DNA from: Eledone cirrhosa
Taxonomy: Eukaryota
Length of the DNA: 64,000 nucleotides
Reading direction: 5' to 3'
Assembly: GCA_964016885.1 (NCBI GenBank)
Contig: OZ024741.1
Coordinates: forward strand, 23,498,001 to 23,562,000
The position numbers and the translations under genes were made by a program. The notes under the pieces are model-generated. The model did no database searches, was not told where the DNA came from, and saw only the letters and a list, made by a program, of their open reading frames with translations. Below, piece by piece: positions 18,298-31,200 of this stretch; positions within the stretch are counted from its first letter, which is position 1, and the number at the start of each line of letters is the position of its first letter.

Positions 18298-18656
18298 TAT
18301 TCTCAGGTCTCAAATAATAGTTTTACCCCACCCCCCTCTTAGTCATTTTTTAGATTTTCTCTACCCGCACCTATCCCTGCTTAAAAAACTTTGTTAATCT
18401 ATCTCCAGCAAAATTTTATTTTAATTGGTAGCATTCCTGCGACTATTAATTCTCTTTAGATGTTTAAAAACAAAAAAAGAGGTACATTACTAGAAATCCC
18501 ATACGTTATAAAATAAATAGGATGGGTTGGGGTCTCAATATGTAAACTAAACAACTCTGGTTTTAAAATAAAAACCAACGAAGACAACCTAGAACAATTA
18601 CCAATTCAAACTGCCCCCCCCCCCCCCCCCCGCACATTAATTAGGGCCCAAGAGTA
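18298..18656. mobile_element. Probable MITE / non-autonomous DNA transposon
   Basis: Imperfect terminal inverted repeats TATTCTCAGGTCTCAAATAAT ... ATTAATTAGGGCCCAAGAGTA with TA termini and a non-coding interior. Confidence 0.5.
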
Positions 18657-18779
18657 CAATTATCCAAAATTAATTTGTTTGTTCTCATATTTTAAAATAG
18701 TAGGGTATGCGATGAAACATTTAGATGTTATTTCTAGCTTGTCAAGTAACCACATAGAGGCTCCCTTTTGGCTCAACAT

Positions 18780-18962
18780 TATTTGGCAGTATCGGTAGAG
18801 GGTCGGACATGCTTTCCAGCATAGTTACGTCCCTTTACGATCTGAGTTCAAATCCCGTCGAGGTTAACTTTGCCTTTCATCCTAACGGGGGTCGATAAAA
18901 TAGAGTACCAGTAATACACTGGGATAATTGTTGGCCTTGTACCTATTGTAGAAACAATTATT
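18780..18962 (+). mobile_element. tRNA-derived SINE with a Nin/Deu-like central domain
   Basis: B-box-like GAGTTCAAATCCC followed by TTTGCCTTTCATCC..GGGGTCGATAAAATAGAGTACCAG; a closely similar copy lies inverted at 58851-59042. Confidence 0.8.
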
Positions 18963-18983
18963 TGAATAAAATACACACACACT

Positions 18984-19478
18984 CATCATCATCGTTTAAC
19001 GTCCATTTTCCACACTAGCATGGGTTAGACAGGTTGTCCCATTTAAGGTAAGTTGGGTCAGGTGACAGTGTCTTGCTCATACACAACTGTTTCTGGCTTG
19101 TTTTCTATGGCTGGATGCCTTTCCTAACACCAACCTCATTCATAGTCTGTGCTGGGTGCTTTTTGTCCTGACACCTACATGACCACTTTACAGTGTGGAC
19201 TGGGTGCTTTTTGTCCTGACACCTACATGACCACTTTACAGTGTGGACTGGGTGCTTTTTGTCGTCATATCTACATGACCACTTTGCAGTGTGGACTAGG
19301 TGCTTTTTGTCGTCATACCTACATGACCACTTTGCAGTGTGTGTTGGGTACTTTTTATCATGACACCTACATGACTACTTTACAGCGTGGACTGGGTACT
19401 TTTTATCATGACACCTACATGACTACTTTACAGTGTGTGTTGGGTACTTTTTGTGATACCAACACGACAACTTTACAG
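18984..19478 (-). mobile_element. RTE LINE 3'UTR remnant whose internal 48-bp unit is expanded to about 7 copies (19150-19478)
   Basis: (CAT)n tail, CGTTTAACGTCC...CTAGCATGGGTTAGAC and GGATGCCTTTCCTAACACCAACCTCATT match the reverse complement of 49850-50093. It is flanked by repeated GAATAAAATACACAC (18964 and 19481). Confidence 0.85.
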
Positions 19479-20055
19479 ATGAATAAAATACACACTCATA
19501 GATGAATAAAATAGAGGGTCCCTTTTGACTCAACACTATATGTTAGACATATATAGTAGTCTAGTGGAAAAAACATAAAATATTCCACAATCCTTAATAT
19601 TGGTGGGCACCTTCATCGGTAGCAACTCTTTCTCCTTTCTCACTCATATATGGTTTACATGACAATGTGAATTTTGTATATCTAATGATATATGGTATGT
19701 TTATAAATAAACACTTGGAAAGCCTTCTAGCGGGTTTTAGCAGAAGTAGCAGGGGACAACTGTCGATCAAATTTTGGCTCTGGCTGTCATCAGAACAGTG
19801 CTTTCCCTGCTCTATGCTGTTCAATATTCATAGCAAGGAGGCCTTCCCAGTGTTGAGTGCTTCTAAGTCAGGAGAGAAGTTTTCAGAAGGGAGGGTTTCT
19901 ATGTTGAAAGAGGGTCGTTCTCAATCCTCTCCATCTAAAGCTGGAGTTTGGTTTCCTCACAAGATGTTGTTATAGACTGGACGTGTGTGAGGAAGCTTCT
20001 TATTTCAATAGTTGGGTGAGAGGTTGACATCTATAGAGGAAGTAGCATTCATCAT

Positions 20056-20256
20056 TTAACCCTTTAGCATTTAAACCGGCTGTATCCAGCCAGAATTTTC
20101 TCACCTCTTTACTGGCCACTCATACTGATATTAAGTTATTGTTTTCAAAATGAATAATAGTAATAAAATCTCATAGATTCAATATTATGTGAGGTAAAGC
20201 CTTTACCATGAAAATATAATAGTATATGTAGAGTAATGAAAATGCTGATGGGTTAA
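20056..20256. mobile_element. About 200-bp TTAA-flanked piggyBac-type MITE (family M1)
   Basis: TTAA|CCCTTTAGCATTT ... AAATGCTGATGGG|TTAA ends; homologous to 60452-60657 and to the ends of 38391-41105. Confidence 0.85.
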
Positions 20257-20367
20257 CTGCACTTGTCATCTTGACTCAGCTGGTAACTTTAATATAACTG
20301 AACAATAATGAGATCAGTAGGTCACATTCTATTTTTGTTGTTGGAAAATAATCTTTATCTTATTTAG

Positions 20368-20467
20368 GTCAGAATTTTCCTGTGAGTTCACTTTACAGCA
20401 ATACATGAGTCGACAACGGAAACTACTTCATGGAAATCAGTTGAGACATTTGAAACATATCCCTCAG
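20368..20467 (+). CDS. Internal exon B (xSEFSCEFTLQQYMSRQRKLLHGNQLRHLKHIPQ)
   Basis: TCTTATTTAG acceptor, CAG|GTAAA donor, 100 bp, phase 2 to phase 0, compatible with exons A and C. Confidence 0.8.
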
Positions 20468-20508
20468 GTAAAACTTTAATACTTTGTCTAAAGAAAGACA
20501 CCACCTAT

Positions 20509-23209
20509 GACATGAAGCTGTTTGGGTGACAAATTAGCAGTGTTGTTAGGACATGAAGCTGTTTGGGTGACAAATTAGCAATGTTGTTAGGACATGAGAC
20601 TGTTTGGGTGACAAATTAGCAGTGTTGTTAGGACATGAGACTGTTTGGGTGACAAATTAGCAGTGTTGTTAGGACATGAGACTGTTTGGGTGACAAATTA
20701 GCAGTGTTGTTAGGACATGAAGCTGTTTGGGTGACAAATTAGCAGTGTTGTTAGGACATGAGACTGTTTGGGTGACAAATTAGCAATGTTGTTAGGACAT
20801 GAGACTGTTTGGGTGACAAATTAGCAGTGTTGTTAGGACATGAGACTGTTTGGGTGACAAATTAGCAGTGTTGTTAGGACATGAGACTGTTTGGGTGACA
20901 AATTAGCAGTGTTGTTAGGACATGAGACTGTTTGGGTGACAAATTAGCAGTGTTGTTAGGACATGAAGCTGTTTGGGTGACAAATTAGCAGTGTTGTTAG
21001 GACATGAGACTGTTTGGGTGACAAATTAGCAGTGTTGTTAGGACATGAGACTGTTTGGGTGACAAATTAACAGTGTTGTTAGGACATGAAGCTGTTTGGG
21101 TGACAAATTAGCAGTGTTGTTAGGACATGAGACTGTTTGGGTGACAAATTAGCAGTGTTGTTAGGACATGAGACTGTTTGGGTGACAAATTAGCAGTGTT
21201 GTTAGGACATGAGACTGTTTGGGTGACAAATTAGCAGTGTTGTTAGGACATGAAGCTGTTTGGGTGACAAATTAGCAGTGTTGTTCGGACATGAGACTGT
21301 TTGGGTGACAAATTAGCAGTGTTGTTAGGACATGAGACTGTTTGGGTGACAAATTAGCAGTGTTGTTAGGACATGAAGCTGTTTGGGTGACAAATTAGCA
21401 GTGTTAGGACATGAAGCTGTTTGGGTGACAAATTAGCAGTGTTGTTAGGACATGAAGCTGTTTGGGTGACAAATTAGCAGTGTTGTTAGGACATGAGACT
21501 GTTTGGGTGACAAATTAGCAGTGTTGTTAGGACATGAGACTGTTTGGGTGACAAATTAGCAGTGTTGTTAGGACATGAGACTGTTTGGGTGACAAATTAG
21601 CAGTGTTGTTAGGACATGAAGCTGTTTGGGTGACAAATTAGCAGTGTTGTTAGGACATGAGACTGTTTGGGTGACAAATTAGCAGTGTTGTTAGGACATG
21701 AGACTGTTTGGGTGACAAATTAGCAGTGTTGTTAGGACATGAGACTGTTTCGGTGACAAATTAGCAGTGTTGTTAGGACATGAAGCTGTTTGGGTGACAA
21801 ATTAGCAGTGTTGTTAGGACATGAGACTGTTTGGGTGACAAATTAGCAGTGTTGTTAGGACATGAGACTGTTTGGGTGACAAATTAGCAGTGTTGTTAGG
21901 ACATGAGACTGTTTGGGTGACAAATTAGCAGTGTTGTTAGGACATGAAGCTGTTTGGGTGACAAATTAGCAGTGTTGTTAGGACATGAGACTGTTTGGGT
22001 GACAAATTAGCAGTGTTGTTAGGACATGAGACTGTTTGGGTGACAAATTAGCAGTGTTGTTAGGACATGAGACTGTTTGGGTGACAAATTAGCAGTGTTG
22101 TTAGGACATGAGACTGTTTGGGTGACAAATTAGCAGTGTTGTTAGGACATGAGACTGTTTGGGTGACAAATTAGCAGTGTTGTTAGGACATGAAGCTGTT
22201 TGGGTGACAAATTAGCAGTGTTGTTAGGACATGAGACTGTTTGGGTGACAAATTAGCAGTGTTGTTAGGACATGAGACTGTTTGGGTGACAAATTAGCAG
22301 TGTTGTTAGGACATGAAGCTGTTTGGGTGACAAATTAGCAGTGTTGTTAGGACATGTAGCTGTTTGGGTGACAAATTAGCAGTGTTGTTAGGACATGAGA
22401 CTGTTTGGGTGACAAATTAGCAGTGTTGTTAGGACATGAGACTGTTTGGGTGACAAATTAGCAGTGTTGTTAGGACATGAAGCTGTTTGGGTGACAAATT
22501 AGCAGTGTTGTTAGGACATGAGACTGTTTGGGTGACAAATTAGCAGTGTTGTTAGGACATGAGACTGTTTGGGTGACAAATTAGCAGTGTTGTTAGGACA
22601 TGAGACTGTTTGGGTGACAAATTAGCAGTGTTGTTAGGACATGAGACTGTTTCGGTGACAAATTAGCAGTGTTGTTAGGACATGAGACTGTTTCGGTGAC
22701 AAATTAGCAGTGTTGTTAGGACATGAGACTGTTTCGGTGACAAATTAGCAGTGTTGTTAGGACATGAGACTGTTTGGGTGACAAATTAGCAGTGTTGTTA
22801 GGACATGAGACTGTTTGGGTGACAAATTAGCAGTGTTGTTAGGACATGAGACTGTTTCGGTGACAAATTAGCAGTGTTGTTAGGACATGAGACTGTTTGG
22901 GTGACAAATTAGCAGTGTTGTTAGGACATGAGACTGTTTGGGTGACAAATTAGCAGTGTTGTTAGGACATGAGACTGTTTCGGTGACAAATTAGCAGTGT
23001 TGTTAGGACATGAAGCTGTTTGGGTGACAAATTAGCAGTGTTGTTAGGACATGAAGCTGTTTGGGTGACAAATTAGCAGTGTTGTTAGGACATGAGACTG
23101 TTTGGGTGACAAATTAGCAGTGTTGTTAGGACATGAGACTGTTTCGGTGACAAATTAGCAGTGTTGTTAGGACATGAGACTGTTTCGGTGACAAATTAGC
23201 AGTGTTAGG
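20509..23209. repeat. 41-bp tandem satellite (GACATGAGACTGTTTGGGTGACAAATTAGCAGTGTTGTTAG), about 66 units, intronic
   Basis: Near-perfect 41-bp periodicity with two main polymorphisms (GAGAC/GAAGC and TTTGGG/TTTCGG). Confidence 0.97.
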
Positions 23210-23325
23210 GTGTCAGATTAAATCCTCCATAGTATGTTCCAGTTCTCTGTGCTCTGAGTTCAAATCCTACTGAGGTCAACTTTGTCTTTCTTCCTTTTGG
23301 GGTTGATAAATAAAGTACCAGTCCA
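23185..23325 (+). mobile_element. Degenerate Nin/Deu-like SINE continuous with the last satellite unit
   Basis: CTGAGTTCAAATCCTACTGAGGTCAACTTTGTCTTTCTTCCTTTTGGGGTTGATAAATAAAGTACCAGT matches the SINE at 18780. A second SINE head follows at about 23330-23425. Confidence 0.75.
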
Positions 23326-24114
23326 AGGTTGCTGGCTAGATTGGCAAAATTGTTAAAGAGTTGGGTGTAATGCTTTGTTGCGTCTCCTCTGTCTGGCTCT
23401 GTACATTCTGGGTTCAAATCCTGCCCCCTTCTGCCAATAGTTGCGACCAGCAGACAGTATCAGCAATAGAAACAGTTTTCTTGATCTCATCTGACAATCA
23501 GCTCCTTTTCTTTGTGGAACATAACTTAACAAAGGTTCCTATGTAAAATTATGATGGAAGGTTTTAGATAAATATAAACACTTTAAAAATAAACAGTTTT
23601 GTATTATAGAACCAGAGGCAGTTTCTGGTGGTTTTGGTTATCAAAAGAGTTAATATTCTACTGCATAACAGATGAGTTGGAGCTTTAGATCTTCAGGTGT
23701 GTAAAGAAAGAAAATATTTTTCTTCGTGTTGTTGAAGTAATCTCTAATTTATGTAAATCCTTCAATAAATGTGTTGTTGCTGATGATGGAATAAATCTTA
23801 GAATGCAGATGTTTTCTATGTCTATGTTTGTATTTACATTTACTGTTAGTTTATATCCCATAATTTAGCAGTTTGGCAAAATGAGATTGATAAAATAAGT
23901 ACTGGAGTTGTTATAATTAATTAAATTCATTCCAGGTGGTGCCCCAGTATGGCATGGCCACAGTATGAAACCAGTAAAAGAGAGTGTGTGTGTGCGTGTG
24001 TTTCTTTGTAATATTTACTTTACCATTGTAAACAGAACAGAAACAAAATAGACCTTGCTTACTTAAACATGGTGGAAGAGGCAGGAATAACTTCCGTCCA
24101 ATGAGTAAGATGGT

Positions 24115-24511
24115 AGTGCTCCAGTATGGCCACAGTCCAATGACTGATGGCAGTACCCCAGTATGGCCACAGTCCAATGACTGTTGCCAGTGTGCCCCAG
24201 TATGGCCACAGTCCAATGTTTGATGGCTGTGCTCCAGTATGGTTACAGTCCAATGTTTGATGGCTGTGCTCCAGTATGGCCATAGTCCAATGACTGTTGC
24301 CAGTGCCCCAGTATGGCCACAGTCCAATGACCGCTCCCAGTGCCCCTGTATGGCCACAGTCCAATGACCGCTCCCAGTGTTCCAGTATGGCCACAGTCCA
24401 ATGACCGCTCCCAGTGCCCCTGTATGGCCACAGTCCAATGACCGCTCCCAGTGTTCCAGTATGGCCACAGTCCAATGACCGCTCCCAGTGTTCCAGTATG
24501 GCCACAGTCCA
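24115..24511. repeat. About 37-bp minisatellite (CCAGTATGGCCACAGTCCAATGACCGCTCCCAGTGTT), about 11 units
   Basis: Direct tandem periodicity; units are more diverged on the left and more homogeneous on the right. Confidence 0.93.
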
Positions 24512-24606
24512 AGTATATTTTTTACCATTTTCATAAATATAGAAATAACAAGCCTTGATTTGTTTTAACAATTTTATAGTGTTTGTTATTTGTTTGTTCT
24601 TTACAG

Positions 24607-25188
24607 ATTATTTATTACATATGTGAACGTCTGCTAGAACTTGCTGGTCGTGGCAGCACCGCCACTTTGTCTCCTACAAATAAAGATTTTACCATTCCAA
24701 CCAATATCTCAAACTACGTCTCTGAAGAAGAAACAGTAGACATACCATATATGGGTCAAACTTCTAGTGTTGACCATTTGACATTTCAAGGAGACGTGTT
24801 GCAGAACGACAGACCCAGTATCTTATATTCGAATATGTTACCCATGTCCTTTAATAGCAACTGTGACAACGATGCGATGGACGCCCTGGAATACCATGCT
24901 TTGGAACAGTTGGACAGCATAACTAAATCTAAACTCTGTTACAATGATAGCAACCTACTAAAAGGTGTTGACACTGGTAGGAATGTATTTCTCTCTGATA
25001 CTAATCCAATGACTGAAACATCTAAATACAAGAAAAGTAATAAAGAAGGTAATCATTGTAAAGGTAGAAATCTCCAGAAAAGAGCTGAGAGTGGCAACAA
25101 ACCTAGAAAGGAGACCCTTAAAATTGCAAATGTCTTAAGTGAAACAATGTTCCCAGAGAAAGTCATTTTACAAACAAATACTCTAAAG
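24607..25188 (+). CDS. Large internal exon C (IIYYICERLLELAGRG...VILQTNTLK, 194 codons)
   Basis: TTCTTTACAG acceptor, AAG|GTATA donor, 582-bp stop-free non-repetitive frame (ORF track 24583-25218), phase 0/0. Confidence 0.85.
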
Positions 25189-25269
25189 GTATATATTTAT
25201 ATATATGTATATATTTGAGTTAGAAATAGATGCTATTGCCTCATTTGCTTCCCCATTAACTCCAGCCCT

Positions 25270-25500
25270 GCCCCCATCATCTTCAGCCATGTCTTTCTTG
25301 GTCTTCCCTTTCCTCTACTTCTTTCCACATTCATTTTCATCATTCCTCTAACCCATTCCTTCCCTCAACACATGACCAAGCCATCTCATTCCATTTCTCT
25401 TCACAACATTTATCCCTGGTTCTATTCCCATTCAGCACTTACCATGTTTGCCTTTCCTCTCTGAGTGATACTTCGCTCATTCACCGAACTCTACTCATTC
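25270..25500 (-). mobile_element. Highly degenerate LINE 3' coding remnant
   Basis: The minus strand gives RMRWLGHV- and RGKGRPRK-like motifs typical of the C-terminus of RTE-type LINE proteins. Confidence 0.5.
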
Positions 25501-25679
25501 ATGTTCATATAACAGATTGCTATAAGTTTCATTTGAAACTATTGTTCCAGCATGAACTAAATAACAGTGATAATGGATGGAAGTTGATCCTTGCAGAATC
25601 GAACCCAGAAGTATTGGTGGCCCTCTTGTGGGAATGGTTAAACAGGCTACAGGTTTGACTTTTCTTTATTATATTTGAT

Positions 25680-25992
25680 CAATCCTTTTCTTATTATATT
25701 ACTAATGAAAGACACTGCTTATGATTTTCAAATCATTTTGAAAATAAAGGATTTAGAGGGATTCAGTAATAAAAACAACCTCCTCATTAGTAAGTTGGTG
25801 TTTGGAGAATAACTTAACAAAGGTTCTTACATAGAACTATAATGGAAGGTTAGTAGATAAATATAAACACATTGGAATAAACAACTCTCTGTCATATAAA
25901 CACATTAAAATAAACAGCTCCCTTTCATACAAACCCATTAAAATAAACAGCTATTGTAGAACCAGGAGCAGTTTGGTATCAAATGGATTAAA
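25680..25992. mobile_element. Dispersed AT-rich repeat (family M2, probably a second TTAA-ended MITE)
   Basis: Shares AACTTAACAAAGGTTC..GGAAGGTT..AGATAAATATAAACAC..TAGAACCAG..GGTATCAAA..TTAA with 23510-23653 and 61650-61887, and inverted with 50697-50883 and 38334-41227. Confidence 0.6.
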
Positions 25993-26880
25993 TTTTTAAT
26001 GATTTTAATTATTGTAAACAGTCTTAGTGTAAATGTAAATAACATTTAATCTGTTATGTCAGTGTTAAAAATCACTCCAGTTTCAGTGCAGGAACTGTAT
26101 TCATTGGTTAATGTAAAGTATTTGAGGATGTTATTCTATTGTAGGGGAACTTAAAAGAAACTCAATGTCAGAAATTCCTATAGGGCAGTGTTTCTCAAAG
26201 TGGGCTCTGCAAAAAATATCTGGGGTTCTATGAAATAGTGCCATTTAATAGTTTCATTAACATTTTTTTTATGAATAAATTTTCCTTAAAACAATTTTTG
26301 TTTCATTTAATATCGTATTAAGATTAGAGTGGTGGGTATTGTTTGGTTGGTATATTAAACATCATTTCTCTCCCTGTCTAGACAGTAAGCCATAAGAAAC
26401 TATAATAGAATAGAAGTAATCCTTTGTTTGTTTTTTGCTTCTTCTGCAAATATTTAGCATTAATTGCTTTTGTTTGAGTTTTACAATTATACAAGTCTAC
26501 CATAGCACTCTTACATCTACACCTAGTCACAATACAAAGCTGTTTATTTCAAAGACTTAATATTTATCTAAAACCCTTTCATCATAATTTTATGAAAGGA
26601 ATCAAAACACTTCATTTCAGGTTGTGCCAGTCAACTCAACTGAAAATGATTACTAGTAGCAACTGGGTGTTAATCCTATAATGGTGTGACGTCCTATCCA
26701 GGGATGAGTTTTGTACTTTTAGTTGCTCAATACCAATGAAACTGGGATAAGCTCAGGCTTTAACTTTTAGCCCTGTGAAATGATCCTTTCTTTTATTAGT
26801 CATTACTATATTTCTATATATATTTCAAAGTTGTACTTGTTTGACAAGTACATGCCTTTCATTTTGAGGGAGAAGCCTTT

Positions 26881-27630
26881 TACTGCCACTGCTAGCTGCA
26901 AAAGGCTTCTCCCACAAAATGAAAGGCAGACTGTATGATGCATGTATCCGAACAGCAATGTTACATGGTAGTGAGACCTGGGCGCTGAAGACTTAGGTAG
27001 ATTAGAAAGAAACGAAGCCTGCATGCTCCGATGGATGTGTAATAGTAATATACGCAAAGCATAGATGAATTGAGAGGGAGACTGAGCATAAGAGGAATCA
27101 AATACTGTGTGCAGGAGAGGCGGTTGCGTTAGTATGGACATGTGATGCATATGAAGGATGACAGCTGCATAAAAAGGTGCGGAGTGGGGAGACCCAAGAA
27201 GACCTGGGATGAGGTGATAAAAGCCGACCTTATCCAATTACACCTCTCAAAGGCGATGACACACGACCGTAACCTCTGGCATCACGCAGTAATACAGAGT
27301 ACCCGACCTCCCATGGGTACAAGCTGAAGCATATAGACAATATGCCCCCACACCCTCCCACTGCAAAGTGGTCGTGGAGGTGCCATGGCAAAAAAGCACC
27401 CAGCCCACACTGTAAAGTGGACGTGTAGGCGCCACGGAAAAAAGCACCCAACACTCACTGTAAATGAGGTTGGTGTTAGGAAGAACATCCAGCTGTAGAA
27501 ATCAAGCCAAAATCAGTTCCTGTATGAGCAAGGCATGGTCAGCCGACCAGACACTGCCCACTACAGGACAACCCGTCTAACCCATGCTAGCATGGAAGAA
27601 CGGACGTAAAACGGTGATGATGATGATGAT
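26881..27630 (+). mobile_element. 5'-truncated RTE LINE 3' fragment with frameshifts and a (GAT)n tail
   Basis: Highly similar to 49303-50093, with small internal deletions; ends in CGGACGTAAAACGGT(GAT)n. Confidence 0.93.
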
Positions 27631-27885
27631 TGTTTTGATACTGTATGTTATAACCATTAAAAAACAGACAAAAACTATTAAATTCACTTTACATTTATCA
27701 TTTACTTCATGGTGTAAACAATTTTTAATGGCTAAAATAGCTCTTCTATGATATAATTATTTTATAAAATTGCAAGAAGTCTTAATTTAACATTTATTGT
27801 TCGATAGGTTGTAGAAAATCTAAGGTTTTAAAATGACTCATTAAGGGTATCCTGATAATTTTGTTTTAAATCTTGTCTTTTTAAG

Positions 27886-27969
27886 GAACCAATTCTTCGT
27901 TATAGAGATTTGAAAAGTTTACTGACATATGGAGAGGATCCATTTCTTTGTCTCAGCACTCTTGAAAAG
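27886..27969 (+). CDS. Internal exon D (EPILRYRDLKSLLTYGEDPFLCLSTLEK)
   Basis: TCTTTTTAAG acceptor, AAG|GTAAG donor, 84 bp, phase 0/0. Confidence 0.8.
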
Positions 27970-28299
27970 GTAAGACTAGGTGATATTTCCTCCTTCAAGT
28001 CTTTACCTTTCAACTTCATTATCATTTTCGATCTGGTTTTTTTTTCATACTATCATGTGTTGGATGGACTTTGGGTTCAGTCTTCTATCTGCTAACTTGT
28101 AGCTTTCTTTCACCGACACACACACACACATCTATATATATTCTATGGATCTTAGTACTCTTGGATGTACTCATTTGTTAACTTTTGATGTAGAAGACAA
28201 AAAACTGTTGTTTTAATGAGATATCTTAAGTCCCCAAAGTGAGGTGAAATATCATTACTACCCCCAATGATATGGGCCCTGACGTGAGGGAACATACTC

Positions 28300-31200
28300 A
28301 GTGTATTCTACCATGACACCAGCACTATCACTTTACATAGTGTACTGGGTGTATTCTACCATGACACCAGCACTATCACTTTACAGAGTGTACTGGGTGT
28401 ATTCTACCATGACACCAGCACTATCACTTTACATAGTGTACTAGTGTATTCTACCATGACACCAGCACTATCACTTTACAGAGTGTACTAGTGTATTCTA
28501 CCATGACACCAGAACTATCACTTTACATAGTGTACTAGTGTATTCTACCATGACACCAGCACTATCACTTTACATAGTGTACTAGTGTATTCTACCATGA
28601 CACCAGCACTATCACTTTACAGAGTGTACTGGGTGTATTCTACCATGACACCAGCACTATCACTTTACAGAGTGTACTGGGTGTATTCTACCATGACACC
28701 AGTACTATCACTTTTCAGAGTGTACTGGGTGTATTCTACCATGACACCAGCACTATCACTTTACAGAGTGTACTGGGTGTTTTCTACCATGACACCAGCA
28801 CTATCACTTTACAGTGTGTACTGGGTATTTTCTACCATGACACCAGCACTATCACTTTACAGAGTGTACTGGGTGTTTTCTACCATGACACCAGCACTAT
28901 CACTTTACAGAGTGTACTGGGTGTTTTCTACCATGCAACCAGCACTATCACTTTACAGAGTGTACTGGGTGTATTCTACCATGACACCAGCACTATCACT
29001 TTACAGAGTGTACTAGTGTATTCTACCATGACACCAGCACTATCACTTTACAGAGTGTACTGGGTGTTTTCTACCATGACACCAACACTACCACTTTACA
29101 GAGTGTACTGAGTGTATTCTACCATGACACCAACACTATCACTTTACAGAGTGTACTGGGTGTTTTCTATCATGACACCAGCACTATCACTTTACAGAGT
29201 GTACTGGGTGTATTCTACCATGACACCAGCACTATCACTTTACAGAGTGTACTGGGTGTTTTCTACCATCACACCAGCACTATCACTTTACAGAGTGTAC
29301 TGGGTGTTTTCTACCATGACACCAGCACTATCACTTTACAGAGTGTACTGGGTGTATTCTACCATGACACCAGCACTATCACTTTACAGAGTGTACTAGT
29401 GTATTCTACCATGACACCAGCACCATCACTTTACATAGTGTACTGGGTGTATTCTACCATGACACCAGCACTATCACTTTACAGAGTGTACTGGGTGTTT
29501 TCTACCATGACACCAGCACTATCACTTTACAGAGTGTACTGGGTGTATTCTACCATGACACCAGCACTATCACTTTACAGAGTGTACTAGTGTATTCTAC
29601 CATGACACCAGCACTATCACTTTACAGAGTGTACTGGGTGTATTCTACCATGACACCAGCACTATCACTTTACAGAGTGTACTGGGTGTATTCTACCATG
29701 ACACCAGCACTATCACTTTACATAGTGTACTAGTGTATTCTATCATGACACCAGCACTATCACTTTACAGAGTGTACTGGGTGTATTCTACCATGACACC
29801 AGCACTATCACTTTACAGAGTGTACTAGTGTATTCTACCATGACACCAGAACTATCACTTTACATAGTGTACTAGTGTATTCTACCATGACACCAGCACT
29901 ATCACTTTACATAGTGTACTAGTGTATTCTACCATGACACCAGCACTATCACTTTACAGAGTGTACTGGGTGTATTCTACCATGACACCAGCACTATCAC
30001 TTTACAGAGTGTACTGGGTGTATTCTACCATGACACCAGTACTATCACTTTTCAGAGTGTACTGGGTGTATTCTACCATGACACCAGCACTATCACTTTA
30101 CAGAGTGTACTGGGTGTTTTCTACCATGACACCAGCACTATCACTTTACAGTGTGTACTGGGTGTTTTCTACCATGACACCAGCACTATCACTTTACAGA
30201 GTGTACTGGGTGTTTTCTACCATGACACCAGCACTATCACTTTACAGAGTGTACTGGGTGTATTCTACCATGACACCAGCACTATCACTTTACATAGTGT
30301 ACTAGTGTATTCTACCATGACACCAGCACTATCACTTTACAGAGTGTACTGGGTGTATTCTACCATGACACCAGCACTATCACTTTACAGAGTGTACTAG
30401 TGTATTCTATCATGACACCAGCACTATCACTTTACAGAGTGCACTGGGTGTATTCTACCATGACACCAGCACTACCACATTACAGAGTGTACTGGGTGTT
30501 TTCTATCATGACACCAGCACTATCACTTTACAGAGTGTACTAGTGTTTTCTACCATGACACCAGCACTATCACTTTACAGAGTGTACTGGGTGTATTCTA
30601 CCATGACACCAGCACTATCACTTTACAGAGTGTACTGGGTGTTTTCTACCATAACACCAGCACTATCACTTTACAGAGTGTACTGGGTGTATTCTACCAT
30701 GACACCAGCACTATCACTTTACAGAGTGTACTGGGTGTTTTCTATCATGGCAGCAGCACTATCACTTTACAGAGTGTACTGGGTGTATTCTATCAGGACA
30801 CCAGCACTATCACTTTACAGAGTGTACTGGGTGTTTTCTATCATGGCACCAGCACTATCACTTTACAGAGTGTACTGGGTGTTTTCTATCATGGCACCAG
30901 CACTATCACTTTTCAGAGTGTACTGGGTGTATTCTACCATGACACCAGCACTATCACTTTACAGAGTGTACTGGGTGTATTCTACCATGACACCAGCACT
31001 ATCACTTTACAGAGTGTACTAGTGTATTCTACCATTACACCAGCACTATCACTTTACAGAGTGTACTGGGTGTATTCTACCATGACACCAGCACTATCAC
31101 TTTACAGAGTGTACTAGTGTATTCTACCATGACACCAGCACTATCACTTTACAGAGTGTACTGGGTGTTTTCTATCATGGCACCAGCACTATCACTTTAC

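Noticed and set aside
18780-18870. Possible tRNA genes at GTTCAAATCC motifs (also 23257, 58300, 58960)
   Set aside because: These are SINE heads: no cloverleaf, and they are followed by SINE core and tail.
19594-20040. Non-repetitive, more GC-balanced stretch with short ORFs on both strands
   Set aside because: No recognisable motif or phase-compatible splice pair; exons A and B already join without it. Possibly an old TE or pseudogene fragment.
20509-23209. CRISPR-like regular repeats (also the other arrays)
   Set aside because: Units are head-to-tail with no unique spacers, there are no cas genes, and the context is eukaryotic.
23917-24571. Minus-strand Trp/His-rich ORFs
   Set aside because: Translations of the 37-bp minisatellite.
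26186-26240. hAT-like terminus CAGTGTTTCTCAAAGTGGG
   Set aside because: No matching right TIR or 8-bp TSD found.
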